DNA of 38,814 nt from a bacterium (GTDB taxonomy: Bacteria > Actinomycetota > Coriobacteriia > Coriobacteriales > Coriobacteriaceae), in NCBI GenBank assembly GCA_963611895.1, contig CAVDTO010000002.1, positions 1 to 38,814 on the forward strand, written 5' to 3'. Both the position numbers and the translations under genes were made by a program. The notes under the pieces are model-generated. The model was not told the origin of the DNA. It worked only from the letters and a program-made list of their open reading frames with translations, and did no database searches. Shown here one piece after another: positions 18,706-27,569 of this stretch (its first letter is position 1; each line of letters begins with the position of its first letter).

Positions 18706-19824
18706 ATGGCAAAGGTCAAGATCATCGACGTTGCGCGCGAGGCGGGAGTCTCGCTCGGCACCGTCTCGAACGCGCTCAACCACCCCGAGAAGGTCCGGCC
18801 CGACACCCTCAAGCTCATCCAAGAGACCATCGATCGGCTCGGCTACCTCCCCAACCAGAGCGCGCGCCAGCTCGCCGGCGGCCACACCAAGGCGTTCGGC
18901 CTCGTGCTCCCCCGCCTCGACCACGGCTTCTCGCTGCAGATCGCGAGCGGCGCGCACAACGAGGCGCGCAAGAACGGCTACGACCTGCTCATCGCCAACG
19001 CCGACAACGACGACATCCTCGAGGACCACTACCTGCGCTACTTCATGGGAACGCAGATGTCGGGCGTGCTCGTGCAGCCCATGGCCGCAACCGATTGGAA
19101 GCCCCCGGTGAACAGCACCCACACGCCAACGGTCTTCCTCGACATCCACTCCACCGAGCCCGGCTACTTCGTTGCCGCGAACAACGAGGCCCAGGGGCGC
19201 ATCGTCGCCGAGCACGCCGTGCAATGCGGGGCCACGCGCCTGGCGGTCATCGGGCGCGCGGCGTTCATGCAGCTCACTCTGCGCGTGAAGGGTATCAAGC
19301 TGGCGCTCGCGCAGCACCCCGAGATCAAGCTCGAGATCATCGACGCGGGTGAGTGGAACACCGCGGCCGACGGCTACAGCCTGGGCGCGCAGCTCGCCCA
19401 GCGCGCGAGCGACGAGCGGCCCGACTTCGTGATCGGGCTCACCGACGTTTTGGCCGCGGGCGCAATCGCGGGCCTCTGCCAGAACGGCGTGCTCGTGCCG
19501 TACAACACCCGCGTTGCGGGCTGCGACGGCAACCCCCTCGCCTGGAGCGGCTTTATGCCCATGACCACCGTGGCGCCCCCGGGCTACGAGATCGGCCGCC
19601 GCGGCGTGCAGATGCTCATGCGCCAGATCGAGAAGGACGAGCGTCCCGCGTCGACGCGCGTGCAGGTGGGCGCGCGCGGGAACATCATCCCGCCAGCGCC
19701 CGACAGCTCCTCGCCCGACAACCACCAGGAGCTCGTGCGGCCCTTCCTTTTGGAGCGCGCGAGCACGGCCGGCGCGGTCGCCGACGGCGTCTCGCCCGAG
19801 CTCAACCTGGGTGCGTACCTGTAA
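18706..19824 (+). CDS. LacI family transcriptional regulator
   Basis: IIDVAREAGVSLGTVSNALN HTH and LGYLPNQSARQL hinge; ATG at 18706. Confidence 0.95.
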   Translation: MAKVKIIDVAREAGVSLGTVSNALNHPEKVRPDTLKLIQETIDRLGYLPNQSARQLAGGHTKAFGLVLPRLDHGFSLQIASGAHNEARKNGYDLLIANADNDDILEDHYLRYFMGTQMSGVLVQPMAATDWKPPVNSTHTPTVFLDIHSTEPGYFVAANNEAQGRIVAEHAVQCGATRLAVIGRAAFMQLTLRVKGIKLALAQHPEIKLEIIDAGEWNTAADGYSLGAQLAQRASDERPDFVIGLTDVLAAGAIAGLCQNGVLVPYNTRVAGCDGNPLAWSGFMPMTTVAPPGYEIGRRGVQMLMRQIEKDERPASTRVQVGARGNIIPPAPDSSSPDNHQELVRPFLLERASTAGAVADGVSPELNLGAYL

Positions 19825-19846
19825 AACGGGGCCACCCCGTGGCTAT

Positions 19847-19911
19847 AGCCGGATTGCGCACACATCCAAACGTACACAGCGCACCAAATCAGCGCCGATA
19901 GCGCCTCAAGC
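19847..19911 (+). repeat. Diverged direct repeat, left of TM2-Fic islet
   Basis: 51/66 aligned positions identical to 21942-22007. Confidence 0.7.
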
Positions 19912-19960
19912 AAAAAAGCCGCCTACTGAGCCGGGGCAAGGGCAAGGAGCAACACCTGAC

Positions 19961-20044
19961 CTTCCCTATCGTTAGATAGAGAAGGTTGACCCTAGGGTCA
20001 AGCTTCCCTATCGTTAGATAGAGAAGGTTGACCCTAGGGTCAAG
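19961..20044. repeat. Exact 42-bp tandem duplication of a double-palindrome unit
   Basis: cttccctatcgttagatagagaaggttgaccctagggtcaag twice (19961-20002, 20003-20044). Confidence 0.95.
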
Positions 20045-20072
20045 CTAAATTGTTTAAGGAAAGCAGGTCAAC

Positions 20073-20408
20073 ATGTATTGCCCTAAATGTGGCTCAGCAA
20101 TCGACGACAACGCGACGTCATGCCCCAACTGCGGGGCCCAGCCGAGCCCAACCGCGGCCCCCGCGACGACCGTTAACGTCACCGTCCAGGCACCCGCAGG
20201 CGCACGGCCAGTGAACAAGGTGGCCTATGTCCTTCTCGCCTTCTTCCTTGGCGGGCTGGGAATTCATCATTTCTATGCGGGGAAAACCGCAGCTGGCGTC
20301 CTCTCTATCCTCTTCTGCTGGACCTTTATCCCAGCAATCGTCGCCTTTATCCAGGCGATCATCGCCCTTTGCAAGAGCGCAGACACTGCTGGCAACATCT
20401 ACATTTAA
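20073..20408 (+). CDS. Zinc-ribbon + TM2 (NINE) domain membrane protein
   Basis: CPKCG/CPNCG pair; NKVAYVLLAFFLGGLGIHHFYAG TM2 signature; lower GC than flanks. Confidence 0.9.
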   Translation: MYCPKCGSAIDDNATSCPNCGAQPSPTAAPATTVNVTVQAPAGARPVNKVAYVLLAFFLGGLGIHHFYAGKTAAGVLSILFCWTFIPAIVAFIQAIIALCKSADTAGNIYI

Positions 20409-20597
20409 ACCAGCGAGAAACTTCTGTCTTCGATCTAAGCCCCTACCCGAATCTCCGGATGTACGGGACCACATAAACATGCGAGCACCCGTTGCGCACG
20501 CCATCATCGGATACGCGCAACGGGTGCTCGCCTCTGTCCATGGCTAATCGTGTCGGTCCCGGCACTGGCGCGCCTTTGCCACCAGACTCCGTATCGA

Positions 20598-21644
20598 CTA
20601 CCAAACCCTTCGGTATGCCGTCGACCTGGCCGCACCCACTTTCTCAACCACACCCTCCGCCTGCAGTTTCTTGAGAATTCGCTCCACGGTTCGCTGACTC
20701 ATAGAGGGGTTGGCATCCATGATCTCGAGCTTTGTGGCAGTGCCCACCAACCGATTGAAATATGCGCGCAAAGTGCCCTCATTGCCGCCCGGGACTCCGG
20801 CGATCGCGATGCGCTGGTCCAGCTCCTTATAGCAGGCGCCGATCACGCCGAGCATGTACGTCACGAACGGCAGATAGTCGTTCTCGCCTGCGTGCCAGCC
20901 CGCGGAGCTAGCCGCCAGCGCCTCGTAATAGGTGGCCTTCGTGCGCTCAATCTCCTTCTCAATGGAGACGTACTTCCCGACCGTATAGCCGCAGCGATAT
21001 AGCAGCAGCAACGTTAGGAGTCTGCTCATGCGCCCGTTTCCGTCGTTGAACGGGTGGATACTCACGAAGTCGAAGACGAATAGCAGCGAGACGAGCAGCG
21101 GGTCGTAAAGTCCCAAATCAAGTTGGGCGTGATATTCCTCGCAGATCTTGGCAACGGCATCGGGCGTAGCGACGGCGCTCGTCGGCCTGAAGCGCGCGAC
21201 CATCTCCCCCGAGGCCGAGTACTCCGCAATCAGGTTATCCGTGTCCTTCCACCGGCCCGCAAAGGAATCGTTGTCATAACGATACAGATCACGGTGCAGC
21301 TGCAAAATCACGCCAGGAGTCACAGGAATGGCGTCGTGACTCTCGTGGATCATGTCGAGCACATATCGGTACCCGGCGATCTCGCGCTCGTCTCGGTTTT
21401 TCGGCGCGACCTTTTTGGCCATGAGCTCTCGCAGGCGCCTATCCGTAGTCGAGATGTTCTCGATTCGGTTTGAGGTGTCTGTGCTTTGAATCCTCGCCAC
21501 CTCGACAAGAGTCCTCAGTATCTCAGCGTAAGCGTTCTCATAGAGCACCTGCCTGCCGCGATGCTCCCTAATATCGGCAACGGCAGCAACAACCTGCGGG
21601 GTCATAAGAGACGCCAGCTGCCTTGCGTAATCGAACTGAGCCAA
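20598..21644 (-). CDS. Fic family protein (class II) with C-terminal winged HTH
   Basis: HPFNDGNGRMSR catalytic motif; SNRIEN inhibitory motif; SQRTVERILKKLQAEG HTH; probable TTG start at 21644 after gagg. Confidence 0.9.
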   Translation of the reverse strand: MAQFDYARQLASLMTPQVVAAVADIREHRGRQVLYENAYAEILRTLVEVARIQSTDTSNRIENISTTDRRLRELMAKKVAPKNRDEREIAGYRYVLDMIHESHDAIPVTPGVILQLHRDLYRYDNDSFAGRWKDTDNLIAEYSASGEMVARFRPTSAVATPDAVAKICEEYHAQLDLGLYDPLLVSLLFVFDFVSIHPFNDGNGRMSRLLTLLLLYRCGYTVGKYVSIEKEIERTKATYYEALAASSAGWHAGENDYLPFVTYMLGVIGACYKELDQRIAIAGVPGGNEGTLRAYFNRLVGTATKLEIMDANPSMSQRTVERILKKLQAEGVVEKVGAARSTAYRRVW

Positions 21645-21721
21645 GTATCCTCGCCACCCTTCAAGTACCCTCGCCATTTTACAGTATTTGGCGATGATAT
21701 TACCCAAGTGGCGAGGATACT
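21644..21721. promoter_or_regulatory. Four-copy 13-bp operator-like array over the fic promoter/RBS
   Basis: AGTATCCTCGCCA (21644), AGTACCCTCGCCA (21664), inverted copies at 21689-21701 and 21709-21721. Confidence 0.7.
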
Positions 21722-21772
21722 CATGCTCAAAGCGACGAGCTCAATCCGGGCGAGCGCCGCTCAAACAGACCG

Positions 21773-21908
21773 CCCCTTGCGTTTCGCACTTTAAAACTGG
21801 ATTCGCCGAGTAGTCGAGCGGCCGCCAGCCACGTTTGCCCAGTTGGCGGCTTGTACCACTTTTCCGGCTACTCGCCCATCCCAGTTTTAAAATGCGAAAC
21901 GCAAGGGG
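21773..21908. repeat. 136-bp MITE-like element with 28-bp inverted ends
   Basis: ccccttgcgtttcgcactttaaaactgg (21773-21800) vs ccagttttaaaatgcgaaacgcaagggg (21881-21908), 1 mismatch. Confidence 0.75.
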
Positions 21909-21941
21909 TAGGCTCCCGCGCGACCCCAACACCACAGCCGC

Positions 21942-22007
21942 AGCCGGATTGTGTACATACCGGGACGTACACAACACGCCGAATCGGCGCCGATAAGCGC
22001 TTAAAGC
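21942..22007 (+). repeat. Diverged direct repeat, right of TM2-Fic islet
   Basis: Matches 19847-19911. Confidence 0.7.
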
Positions 22008-22047
22008 CCCCGTTATGTACATGGTTAGGTGTACACAACGGGGGCTT
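22004..22047 (-). terminator. 18-bp stem hairpin, possible terminator of the HAD gene
   Basis: aagcccccgttatgtaca / tgtacacaacgggggctt, 1 mismatch. Confidence 0.5.
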
Positions 22048-22158
22048 GTTCACGACGAGAAGTGCAAACTCAGGATTCTGCGCAGGCGGGTTGGACCACA
22101 GCAGCCAGTAGTTGGTGCGCATGACCTGTAAGGGGCGCCGCGCCGGCCGCCCTCTGCC

Positions 22159-22809
22159 CTACCCGAGCCTCTTCACCTCGGCGGGAACCTCGTGGAGCGT
22201 GTCGAGCACGGCGGCGCAGGCATCCACGACGTCCTCGGGCAGCACGACCATGTCGGGGATGGCAAGCACCTGCATGCCCGCGCTGATGCCCGCGCGGGCG
22301 CCGTTGGTGGAATCCTCCACGACCACGCACTCCGCGGGATCCACGCCGAACTTACTCGCGGCCTTGAGGTAGATGTCGGGCTGGGGCTTGCCGCGCTCGG
22401 CCTCCTCGCCGCAGGTGGTGAGCTCAAAATACTTGCGCAGGTCAAACTGCCCCAAGCGGCGCTCGGCGGTCTCGGTGCGCGACGAGGTCACAAGGCCCAG
22501 GCGATAGCCGGCGTCGAGCAGCTCCTGCAGGCACTCGTTCACGCCCGGCTTGGTCTCGAGCTGGGTCGGCGCCCACTCGGTCTCGTAGACGGCATGGCGG
22601 TCGTAGACGTCCTGCGCGAGCTCCTCGGAGCCCACGCACTGGGCGCAAAGTGCCAGCACGTCGGTCTTGTTGTGGCCGATGAACGATTTGCTCACCTCGT
22701 GCGGGATCTCGATGCCGAGGTCCACGGCAACCTGGTCCCAGGCCTTGATCCCCAGCCGCTCGGTGTCTACGAGCGTTCCGTCCATATCGAACAACACGAC
22801 CTTGATCAT
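22159..22809 (-). CDS. HAD-IA family phosphatase (beta-phosphoglucomutase/CbbY-like)
   Basis: FDMDGTLVDTE, LVTSS, KPQPDIY, VEDSTNG; ATG at 22809 after gggaga. Confidence 0.92.
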   Translation of the reverse strand: MIKVVLFDMDGTLVDTERLGIKAWDQVAVDLGIEIPHEVSKSFIGHNKTDVLALCAQCVGSEELAQDVYDRHAVYETEWAPTQLETKPGVNECLQELLDAGYRLGLVTSSRTETAERRLGQFDLRKYFELTTCGEEAERGKPQPDIYLKAASKFGVDPAECVVVEDSTNGARAGISAGMQVLAIPDMVVLPEDVVDACAAVLDTLHEVPAEVKRLG

Positions 22810-22935
22810 GGGCACTCTCCCTCTGCGCGACCGATTCAACACCTGTATTTTGCCAGATTGAGACCTCAGTAGAGCCCGCCCCGCGCCCGCCGCGCGGCTT
22901 GCTATAGTGAACGGCAACCAAAACCGGGAGGTCTC

Positions 22936-23841
22936 ATGCCCAGCCAAGCAACCGAAGACAAGCTCATGCAGCTCGAGAACCTGCTCGAGTCGTACGGCCG
23001 TGTTGCCATCGGCTTTTCCGGCGGAGTCGACAGTACCTTCCTCGCTGCCGTCTGCCAGGCCGTCATGCCCTACGACACCCTGCTCGTACACCTCACCACG
23101 CCGTTCATCGGCACACCTGAACAGGCGTCGTTCAAGTCGGCCGTCAAGGGGGCCGGAAGGCGCGCCGAGCGCCACGTCTTCTACGACAAGGGCGGCGCGG
23201 CGCACCTGGACCTCAAGGTGCTCGAGCTCAAGATAAGCCAGCTGCAGAGCGCCGATGTGGTAAAGAACGACCCCGATCGCTGCTACCACTGCAAAAAGCT
23301 CGGCTTTGCGCGCATCGTAGAGGAGGCGCGCAAGCGCGGTTTTGACACGGTAATCGACGGCAGCAATGCGAGCGACGCGGGCGATTATCGCCCCGGCATG
23401 CGCGCGGTGGAGGAACTCGGCGTGAAGTCGCCCCTCATGGAGGTGGGCTTTACCAAAGACGAGGAGCGCGAATACCTGCGCGAGTGGGGGTTCGACGTGT
23501 GGAACATGCCCTCGGGAGCCTGCCTTGCCACGCGCATTCCCACGGGCGAGCCGCTCACGCGCAAGAAGCTCGACCTCGTGCGCAGCATCGAGGACGAGCT
23601 GCACAAGCTCGGGCTCGTTCAGGTCCGCGCGCGGCTCGTGGGCGGCAGGCTGAACATCGAGGCAAGCCCGAGCGACCTTGCGACCCTGCGCACGCTCGGG
23701 GGCACCGAGACCGAGGGCGGCGCCGTTGCGCTGCCGGCAAACCTGCAGCGCAAGCTCGATCTGCTCGGCGCGCACGACCTCGACCCCATCGCACGCCCGT
23801 ACGGCAAAGGCAACATGAACGCCCCCGAGAACAGGACGTAG
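22936..23841 (+). CDS. larE: LarE-family ATP-dependent sulfur transferase (PP-loop)
   Basis: FSGGVDS PP-loop, DRCYHCK, DGSNASD, DYRPG, ACLATRIP; RBS ggagg. Confidence 0.85.
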   Translation: MPSQATEDKLMQLENLLESYGRVAIGFSGGVDSTFLAAVCQAVMPYDTLLVHLTTPFIGTPEQASFKSAVKGAGRRAERHVFYDKGGAAHLDLKVLELKISQLQSADVVKNDPDRCYHCKKLGFARIVEEARKRGFDTVIDGSNASDAGDYRPGMRAVEELGVKSPLMEVGFTKDEEREYLREWGFDVWNMPSGACLATRIPTGEPLTRKKLDLVRSIEDELHKLGLVQVRARLVGGRLNIEASPSDLATLRTLGGTETEGGAVALPANLQRKLDLLGAHDLDPIARPYGKGNMNAPENRT

Positions 23842-24101
23842 GGCCGGTCCGGCCGGTCGTTGGCGGGTGCAGTGATCGATAGCGACCGGCAGCCGGGATC
23901 CCAGACTGCCGTCCGGCTGCCCGAGCGCCAAGCCGAAGGACCGGTCGACCGCGACGCCTTCGCGCCCTCGCCCGATCGTCCGCTCAACCAGCCACCCGCC
24001 CGGGCAACCATGGCGTCGTTTGCGCCCTGCGTGCTCGCTCGGCCGTTCAGCCGGCCACCGGCCCGGGGCCCGCGCATCTACCCAAAGAAAGGAATCCCCG
24101 C

Positions 24102-25001
24102 ATGCCCAAGCGCCCGATGAACAAACGCTCGCCAAAGCGCGGCGCCGGCTCCCGCCAGGCACAGGCGGTCGGCGCATGCATCGCGCTCGTCGTCGCGCTC
24201 GCAGCGGGAGTCGCGGGCCAGCTCACGGGCAACGTTGAGCTCACGAACCTCGGCCAGCAGATCGAGCAGACAGTCCTCGGCGGCGAGAACGGCACGGGCG
24301 CCAGCCCCTCGAAGGGCAACTCAACCTCAAGCTCATCCGCCGCCTCGAGCACGCGCGACGAGACCGCCGACTACGCCGCGAGCGTCGCGGACCTCGGCAG
24401 CGTTCCCGAATACACAAGCTCGCCTTACGCGGTCATCGCCGCAAGCGGCGAGCACGAACTCGGCACGCCCTCGTTCACCAAAAGTGAAATCAAGCGCGCA
24501 AAGGCGGGCACGTTCAAGCAGTTCAGCGACCTCGACCGGCTCGGGCGCTGCGGAACGGCTTTTGCATGCCTCGGCACTGAGACTCAGCCTACTGGCGAGC
24601 GCAAATCAATCAGCAGCGTCAAGCCCACCGGGTGGCGCCAAGCCTTCTATAGCAACGTCGACCAAGAGGCGCTCTACAACCGCTGCCACCTCATTGCTTG
24701 GTCGCTCTCGGGCGAGAACGCCAACCCCAAGAACCTCGTCACGGGCACGCGCTACCTCAACGTGAGCGGCATGCTGCCGTTTGAGGAACGGCTCTGCCGC
24801 TACATCGAGAACACGGGCAACCACGTGCTCTACCGCGTGACCCCGATCTTCGAGGGCGAGGAGCTCGTCTGCCGCGGCGTGCACCTGGAGGCGCAGTCGG
24901 TCGAGGATAACGGCGCAAGCATCTGCTTCAACGTCTACTGCTACAACGTGCAGCCGAACATCCAGATCGACTACGCCACAGGCGCCAGCCAGGAGGCATA
25001 A
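24102..25001 (+). CDS. Secreted/membrane-anchored DNA/RNA non-specific endonuclease (EndA-like)
   Basis: N-terminal basic+hydrophobic segment; LDRLGRCG, YNRCHLIA, NLVTGTRYLN, VLYRVTP, VYCYNVQP. Confidence 0.9.
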   Translation: MPKRPMNKRSPKRGAGSRQAQAVGACIALVVALAAGVAGQLTGNVELTNLGQQIEQTVLGGENGTGASPSKGNSTSSSSAASSTRDETADYAASVADLGSVPEYTSSPYAVIAASGEHELGTPSFTKSEIKRAKAGTFKQFSDLDRLGRCGTAFACLGTETQPTGERKSISSVKPTGWRQAFYSNVDQEALYNRCHLIAWSLSGENANPKNLVTGTRYLNVSGMLPFEERLCRYIENTGNHVLYRVTPIFEGEELVCRGVHLEAQSVEDNGASICFNVYCYNVQPNIQIDYATGASQEA

Positions 25002-25034
25002 AAATGGCGGGGCGCTCTGGGGAAGCGCCCCGCC
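25000..25034 (-). terminator. Intrinsic terminator (GH78 operon; possibly bidirectional)
   Basis: 11-bp stem ggcggggcgct / agcgccccgcc followed by attttt on the minus strand. Confidence 0.7.
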
Positions 25035-25181
25035 TGGGGGAAGAGGGAAAATCGATTGTTAGGTGCGGCTGCCGACAACCGGCGTCGCGCAGCACCGAAA
25101 GGCACGGACCCGGGCGGCCCGACTGCCCGAGCGACCAGGCATCGGGCAGTCAGGCACCGTCCGTACCGCTCCGCCGCTCGC

Positions 25182-27566
25182 CTACTCGCCGCTCACGTCC
25201 ACGCGGCAGCTCAGCTCGTAGTCGCCGGGGCCGAGCTCGCGCTCGTCCTGGCCGGGGAGCGCAACGTGCGCAACGCAGCCCTCGGGCACGCAGACGCTCA
25301 CCTTGACGAGGCCGTCCTCCGCGCGATGCCACGCAACCGAGATGCGCCCGCACGGCGTCTCGTGCTCGAGCTCGGCAAAGTCGAGCCCCGCCGGGAACAG
25401 CGGCGCAACGTCGAACTCCTTGTAGCCCGGCTGCCTGATCGCCAGGCCGCCGATCTTGCGGACCATCCAGTCGCCCACGCAGCCGAAGGCGTAGTGGTTG
25501 AACGAATGGGCGCCCACCGTGCCGTCGGGAGCGACGCCGGCCCAGTTCTCCCAGATCGTCGTGGCGCCGCGGTCGACCTCGTAGAGCCAGCCGGGGCAGT
25601 CCTTTTGCCAAAAGACCTTCTCGGCCACGTCTCCGTAGCCCCAATCGCCCAGCACGTCGAGCAGGTACGGGATGGAGAGGAATCCGGTGTCGAGCCGGTA
25701 GCCGTTGTCGGCGATCATCTGAACGAGGTGCGCGGCCGCGGCCGGGCGCTCCTCCTCGGGCAGCATGTCAAACGCCAGCGCGAGCACATAGCAGCCCTGG
25801 TACTCAACCGAGAGCTTGCCGCACCCGTCAGAGAACCGGCGCGCAAAGGCGCTGCGCACGCACCGGGCGTAGGCGCGCTCCTGCGCCGCGCGCTCGGTGT
25901 GGCCGAGCAGCTCCGACACACGCGAGAGCACCTCGCTCGTGTGGGCCAAAAAGCAGGTGGCCACGAGCGGGCCCGTAACCTGGGCGGCCGCGATCGGGCC
26001 CTTGGCGTTGGGCCCCATCAAGAAGCTCGGCAGCATCCAGTCGCCGTAATGGAACTTGGTGTCCCAGATGAACGGCGACTCGTCCTGCGCGTCGGCCTTG
26101 CCCTCGGCGGCGCTCTTCACGCAGAAGTCGCTCCAGCGGATCATCGCGTCGTAGCAGCGCTTGAGCGGCTCGAGGTCGCCGTACTCGCGGTAGAGCGCCC
26201 ACGGCACGAGCACGATGGCGTCGCCCCAGCCGGCCGACGAGATGGCACCCAAGAACTCACCCGAATCGAACTCGTCCTTGGTGGCCGGCGAGTAGTCGAT
26301 GACCTGGCCGTCGGGCAGCTGGTCGGCCATGACCTGGTCGAGCCAGCGCATGAGGAACCCCTTGAGGCCCATAAAGAAGCAGCCCGTGGGCGCGTAGACC
26401 TGAATATCGCCCGTCCAACCCGAGCGCTCGCGCTGCGGACAGTCCGTGGGGATGGAGAGCATGTTGCCGCGCTGGCTCCACTCGATGTTAGAGAGCAGGC
26501 GGTTCACGCGCTCATCGGAGGTCACGAGCGAGCCCGTCTTGGGCAGCTCGGAGTAGATGACCACGGCGTGCACGGCGGCGGGGTCGAGCGGGGCTGTGAG
26601 TCCCGAGATGCGCACGTAGCGGAACCCGTGGAACGTGAACTCCGGCTCGAGCACCTCGTGGCGCCCGCGGCCCACGAACACGTCGCGGGCGTCTTTGTTG
26701 CGCCCGATGATGTTGTTAAAGAACCTGCCCTCGGCGTCGAGCACCTCGGAATGCTCAAGCACGACCTCTTGCCCCTCGGCGAGGTCGAGCTCCAAGCGCA
26801 CGCGGCCGGCGATGACCTGGCCAAAGTCCACGACCGTCGATGCACCCTCCTGCCAGCAGGAACAGGCGTCGAGCAGGCACATGCGCTTTACGAGCGGGCC
26901 CTCCTGCTCGATGATCTGCGCCGCGGGCGGGGCGACAACCGTCACCCGGTCCCAGCCGTCCGTCTCGGGCACGGTGGCCCAAGCGTCATCGGCCAGGCGC
27001 AAGTCCTGCTTCTCGCCGATCTGGATGTCGGAGTACACGTAGCGCTCCGTCGTCGAGCGCCACGAGCCGTCAGTTCCCACGAGCTCGCTCGAGCCGTCAG
27101 CGTAAACGAGCTCGATCTCGCCCAAGAGCGAAAGGCGGTCGCCGTACTGGGCGCTGTTGCCCTGCGTGGAGATGCGCCCGGCGAACCAGCCGTCGGCGAG
27201 CGTGGCGCCCCACACGTTGACGCCCTCGCGCAGAAGGCCCGTGACGTCGTAGACCTGGTACATGATGATGTGCTCGTACGAGGTGTAGTCGGGCGTGAAA
27301 ATCGCATCGGTCACGGCCGCACCATTGAGCGTGGAGCCGTAGAGGCCGCGGGCGCTCATGTAGAGCGTGGCCTTGGCGAGCGGCTTTTCCACCTTGAACG
27401 CGCGCTTAAGGATGTGCACGGGCCACAGGCGCGTCTCGGGCGCGCCAGGCTCGGGCGGCTGCTTGCCCTCGATGAACATCTCGCGCAGGGAGTACGACGC
27501 CTCGCGGCTCACGGTCTCTTGCGCCGGCTCGATCCAGTGAGCCGTCCAAGAACGCTGGGTATGCAT
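25182..27566 (-). CDS. Alpha-L-rhamnosidase, glycoside hydrolase family 78 (no signal peptide)
   Basis: DFGQ, FTFHGFRYV, PTDCPQRERSGWTGD, GATTIWENW, SFNHYAFG. Confidence 0.93.
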   Translation of the reverse strand: MHTQRSWTAHWIEPAQETVSREASYSLREMFIEGKQPPEPGAPETRLWPVHILKRAFKVEKPLAKATLYMSARGLYGSTLNGAAVTDAIFTPDYTSYEHIIMYQVYDVTGLLREGVNVWGATLADGWFAGRISTQGNSAQYGDRLSLLGEIELVYADGSSELVGTDGSWRSTTERYVYSDIQIGEKQDLRLADDAWATVPETDGWDRVTVVAPPAAQIIEQEGPLVKRMCLLDACSCWQEGASTVVDFGQVIAGRVRLELDLAEGQEVVLEHSEVLDAEGRFFNNIIGRNKDARDVFVGRGRHEVLEPEFTFHGFRYVRISGLTAPLDPAAVHAVVIYSELPKTGSLVTSDERVNRLLSNIEWSQRGNMLSIPTDCPQRERSGWTGDIQVYAPTGCFFMGLKGFLMRWLDQVMADQLPDGQVIDYSPATKDEFDSGEFLGAISSAGWGDAIVLVPWALYREYGDLEPLKRCYDAMIRWSDFCVKSAAEGKADAQDESPFIWDTKFHYGDWMLPSFLMGPNAKGPIAAAQVTGPLVATCFLAHTSEVLSRVSELLGHTERAAQERAYARCVRSAFARRFSDGCGKLSVEYQGCYVLALAFDMLPEEERPAAAAHLVQMIADNGYRLDTGFLSIPYLLDVLGDWGYGDVAEKVFWQKDCPGWLYEVDRGATTIWENWAGVAPDGTVGAHSFNHYAFGCVGDWMVRKIGGLAIRQPGYKEFDVAPLFPAGLDFAELEHETPCGRISVAWHRAEDGLVKVSVCVPEGCVAHVALPGQDERELGPGDYELSCRVDVSGE

Positions 27567-27569
27567 GGG

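Noticed and set aside
19958..19985. CueR/MerR operator (accttc...gaaggt)
   Set aside because: Dyad is 28 bp, longer than the ~21-bp CueR box, and no MerR or metal-resistance gene is adjacent
19961..20044. CRISPR mini-array
   Set aside because: The two units abut with no spacer and there are no cas genes
21773..21908. Tn3-family terminal inverted repeats
   Set aside because: Ends read CCCC...GGGG, the opposite polarity to Tn3 ends, and there is no 5-bp target duplication
22810..24177. 456-aa N-terminal extension making a 672-aa HAD fusion
   Set aside because: It is the antisense of larE; the HAD domain has its own RBS and ATG at 22809
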